NCBI GenBank assembly: GCA_963810095.1
Contig: CAWEMM010000006.1
Location: 960,001 to 1,024,000, forward strand
Direction: 5' to 3'
Origin: an uncultured Chloroflexia bacterium
GTDB taxonomy: Bacteria; Chloroflexota; Anaerolineae; CG2-30-64-16
Length of the DNA stretch: 64,000 nt
Part shown: positions 62,104 through 64,000 of the stretch, piece after piece
Position numbering within the stretch: the stretch's first letter is position 1
Layout of the letters: every line of letters begins with the position of its first letter
Program-made: the position numbers and the translations under genes
The notes under the pieces: model-generated
Told to the model about the DNA's origin: nothing
Database searches by the model: none
The model's input: the letters and a program-made list of their open reading frames with translations, nothing else

Positions 62104-63372
62104 CTAGTCCGCCCATTCCAGTTCCTTGTCGCCGATGCGGACGGTGTCGCCCACCTCGATGCCGCGTTGAAGCAGCGCGTCCGTGATGCCCAACGCCTTC
62201 AGGATGCGCTGGAACCGCATCACCGCGTCGTAGTATTCCCACCGCGTCATCTTCACGATGCGCTCGATGCGCCTGCCGTGCACCCGGTATGCACCGTCCG
62301 GGTCGCGCTCGATGGAAAAACTCATATCCTCTTCGCGCGTCGGCGGGATCAGCGGCTGCACGTCCTCGAAGCGCGGCGCGGGCGGCAGTTCGGCAAGCAG
62401 ATCGGCCACCCGGCGCAGCAGCGTTTGCACGCCTTCCCCCGAGACCGCCGAGATCGCTAATGGCTCGGGCACGCCGCGCTTCCTGAGCCCCGCCGCGAGC
62501 TCGGGCCAGCGGTCGTGCACCTCGGTGAGGTCCATCTTGTTGACGACGACCACCTGCGGCTTTTCTGCCAGCATCGGGTTGAACTGCTCCAGTTCCTGGT
62601 TAATCACGGCATAGTCGCCCAACGGATCGGGGCTCATGCCGTCGAGCAGGTGAACCACCAGGCGGGTGCGCTCGATGTGACGCAGGAATTTGATGCCCAG
62701 GCCGGCCCCCTCGTGCGCGCCCTCGATCAGGCCCGGGATGTCGGCCCAAACCATGTCCCGGTTATCGATCAAGACCACGCCCAGGTTCGGTTCGAGGGTG
62801 GTGAAAGGGTAGTCGGCAATCTTCGGCCGCGCCGCGCTGGTCCGGCTGAGCAGGGTAGACTTGCCGGCGTTCGGAATACCCACGATGCCAACATCGGCCA
62901 GCAGCTTGAGCTCCAGGCGCAAGGCGCGCTCTTCACCGGGTTCGCCGTTCTCGGCAATACGCGGGGCTTGAATGGTGGGCGAGCGGAAGCGCCAGTTGCC
63001 GCGCCCGCCGCGCCCGCCCTGGGCCACCAGGGCTCGCTGGCCCGGCTCGGTCAGGTCTGCGATCAGCAAGCCGCTTTCGACCTCGTATGCGACCGTGCCG
63101 ATCGGGACCTTGATGACCAGGTCCGTTCCACTTACGCCCGTCTGGTTCTTGCTGCTGCCATGTCCGCCGTTATCTGCGGCGAAGTGCATCTTGTAGGTGA
63201 ACTCGATCAACGTATTGGCCTGGGAGTCCGCTTCCAGGTAGACGTCACCCCCACGCCCTCCGTTGCCGCCGCTCGGGCCGCCCCGCGGCACGTGCGCCTC
63301 GCGCCTGAATGCGACCGCGCCATTGCCGCCGTCGCCCGCTCTCACATTGATTCGCGCTTCATCTATAAACAT
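62104..63372 (-). CDS. obgE: GTPase ObgE
   Basis: MFIDEA...GDGGNG..AFRRE, GIPNAGKST, DIPGL, NKMD; C-terminal DUF1967 domain. Confidence 0.97.
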   Translation of the reverse strand: MFIDEARINVRAGDGGNGAVAFRREAHVPRGGPSGGNGGRGGDVYLEADSQANTLIEFTYKMHFAADNGGHGSSKNQTGVSGTDLVIKVPIGTVAYEVESGLLIADLTEPGQRALVAQGGRGGRGNWRFRSPTIQAPRIAENGEPGEERALRLELKLLADVGIVGIPNAGKSTLLSRTSAARPKIADYPFTTLEPNLGVVLIDNRDMVWADIPGLIEGAHEGAGLGIKFLRHIERTRLVVHLLDGMSPDPLGDYAVINQELEQFNPMLAEKPQVVVVNKMDLTEVHDRWPELAAGLRKRGVPEPLAISAVSGEGVQTLLRRVADLLAELPPAPRFEDVQPLIPPTREEDMSFSIERDPDGAYRVHGRRIERIVKMTRWEYYDAVMRFQRILKALGITDALLQRGIEVGDTVRIGDKELEWAD

Positions 63373-63566
63373 GGTGAGAGAATACACGTAAAGCAGACGG
63401 GCGTCAACAGATGGCCCGCTCCTCACTGCATACACTTTTCTAACGTTGATCCAACGCGCTTCTAACAGCTGTTTTTTATAGTACGATCAGAATCAAGTCC
63501 ACGGGCGAGGGCGCCGCCCTGGCCGTGGCACAGGCTGTACTGATACGCAGACAGGAGGTGGCTGGT

Positions 63567-64000
63567 ATGGCAAACATGGTGCGTTGGGATCCGGCTCGCG
63601 AAACGGTGAGCCTGCGGGAGGCGATGGACCGGCTGTTTGAGGAAAGCTTCCTCCGGCCCGGTTTTCTCGGCGGCAACGATTCGGCCGCAGGCTTGATGCC
63701 GCTCGACATGTACGAGACCGAGAATGACGTGGTCGTCAAGGCCGCAATCCCCGGCGTGAAGCCCGAGGACATCGAAGTGACGGTGACGGGCGACCTGCTG
63801 ACCATCAAGGGCGAGTTCAAGTCGGAGCGCGAGGAACGCGACGAGAAGCGCAACTATCACCGGCAGGAGCGCCGGTTCGGCAACTTCTCGCGCCAGGTGG
63901 CGCTGCCCACGAGCGTGAGCGCCGACGCCTGCCAGGCCGAATTCGAGAACGGCGTTCTGACTCTGAAACTGCCCAAGGCTGAAGAAGCCAAAGTCAAGAA
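63567..64000 (+). CDS. Hsp20/alpha-crystallin small heat shock protein (3' truncated)
   Basis: MANMVRWDP...MDRLFE; PLDMYETE..VVVKA.IPG; ER.FG.F.R...LP; NGVLTLKLPK. Confidence 0.93.
   Translation, partial: MANMVRWDPARETVSLREAMDRLFEESFLRPGFLGGNDSAAGLMPLDMYETENDVVVKAAIPGVKPEDIEVTVTGDLLTIKGEFKSEREERDEKRNYHRQERRFGNFSRQVALPTSVSADACQAEFENGVLTLKLPKAEEAKVK

Noticed and set aside
63420-63560. CIRCE or HAIR heat-shock operator before hsp20
   Set aside because: No TTAGCACTC-N9-GAGTGCTAA or CTTGAGT-N7-ACTCAAG match found.

Overview
GC-rich bacterial chromosomal segment. Gene content and repeat style suggest Chloroflexota (Anaerolineae-like); this is inference. Housekeeping genes include comEC, rlmD, rpsO-pnp, lepB, sodA, rsmG, dnaN-recF, a T-box-controlled archaeal-type aspS, nadD, obgE and hsp20. 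Accessory loci are a GAF-kinase/kaiC/kaiB operon without kaiA, a GH55 glucanase, a tandem-domain ABC binding protein, a KimA-like/TrkA potassium operon, an SOS mutagenesis cassette (recA-like/imuB/DUF6504-like/dnaE2) and a three-PDZ HtrA. Many genes, including pnp and nadD, carry single-base frameshifts, most likely long-read indel errors. The most promising novel features are: (1) a two-component-regulated operon at 27.8-34.7 kb with a large unknown protein, a radical SAM/SPASM maturase and a Cys/Trp-containing 101-aa candidate substrate; (2) a ~50-nt attenuator between a consensus promoter and the K+ transport operon; (3) several families of periodic palindromic mini-elements, found in intergenic regions, inside T-box stem II and in-frame within genes; (4) a candidate anti-Shine-Dalgarno sRNA near 59.0 kb.
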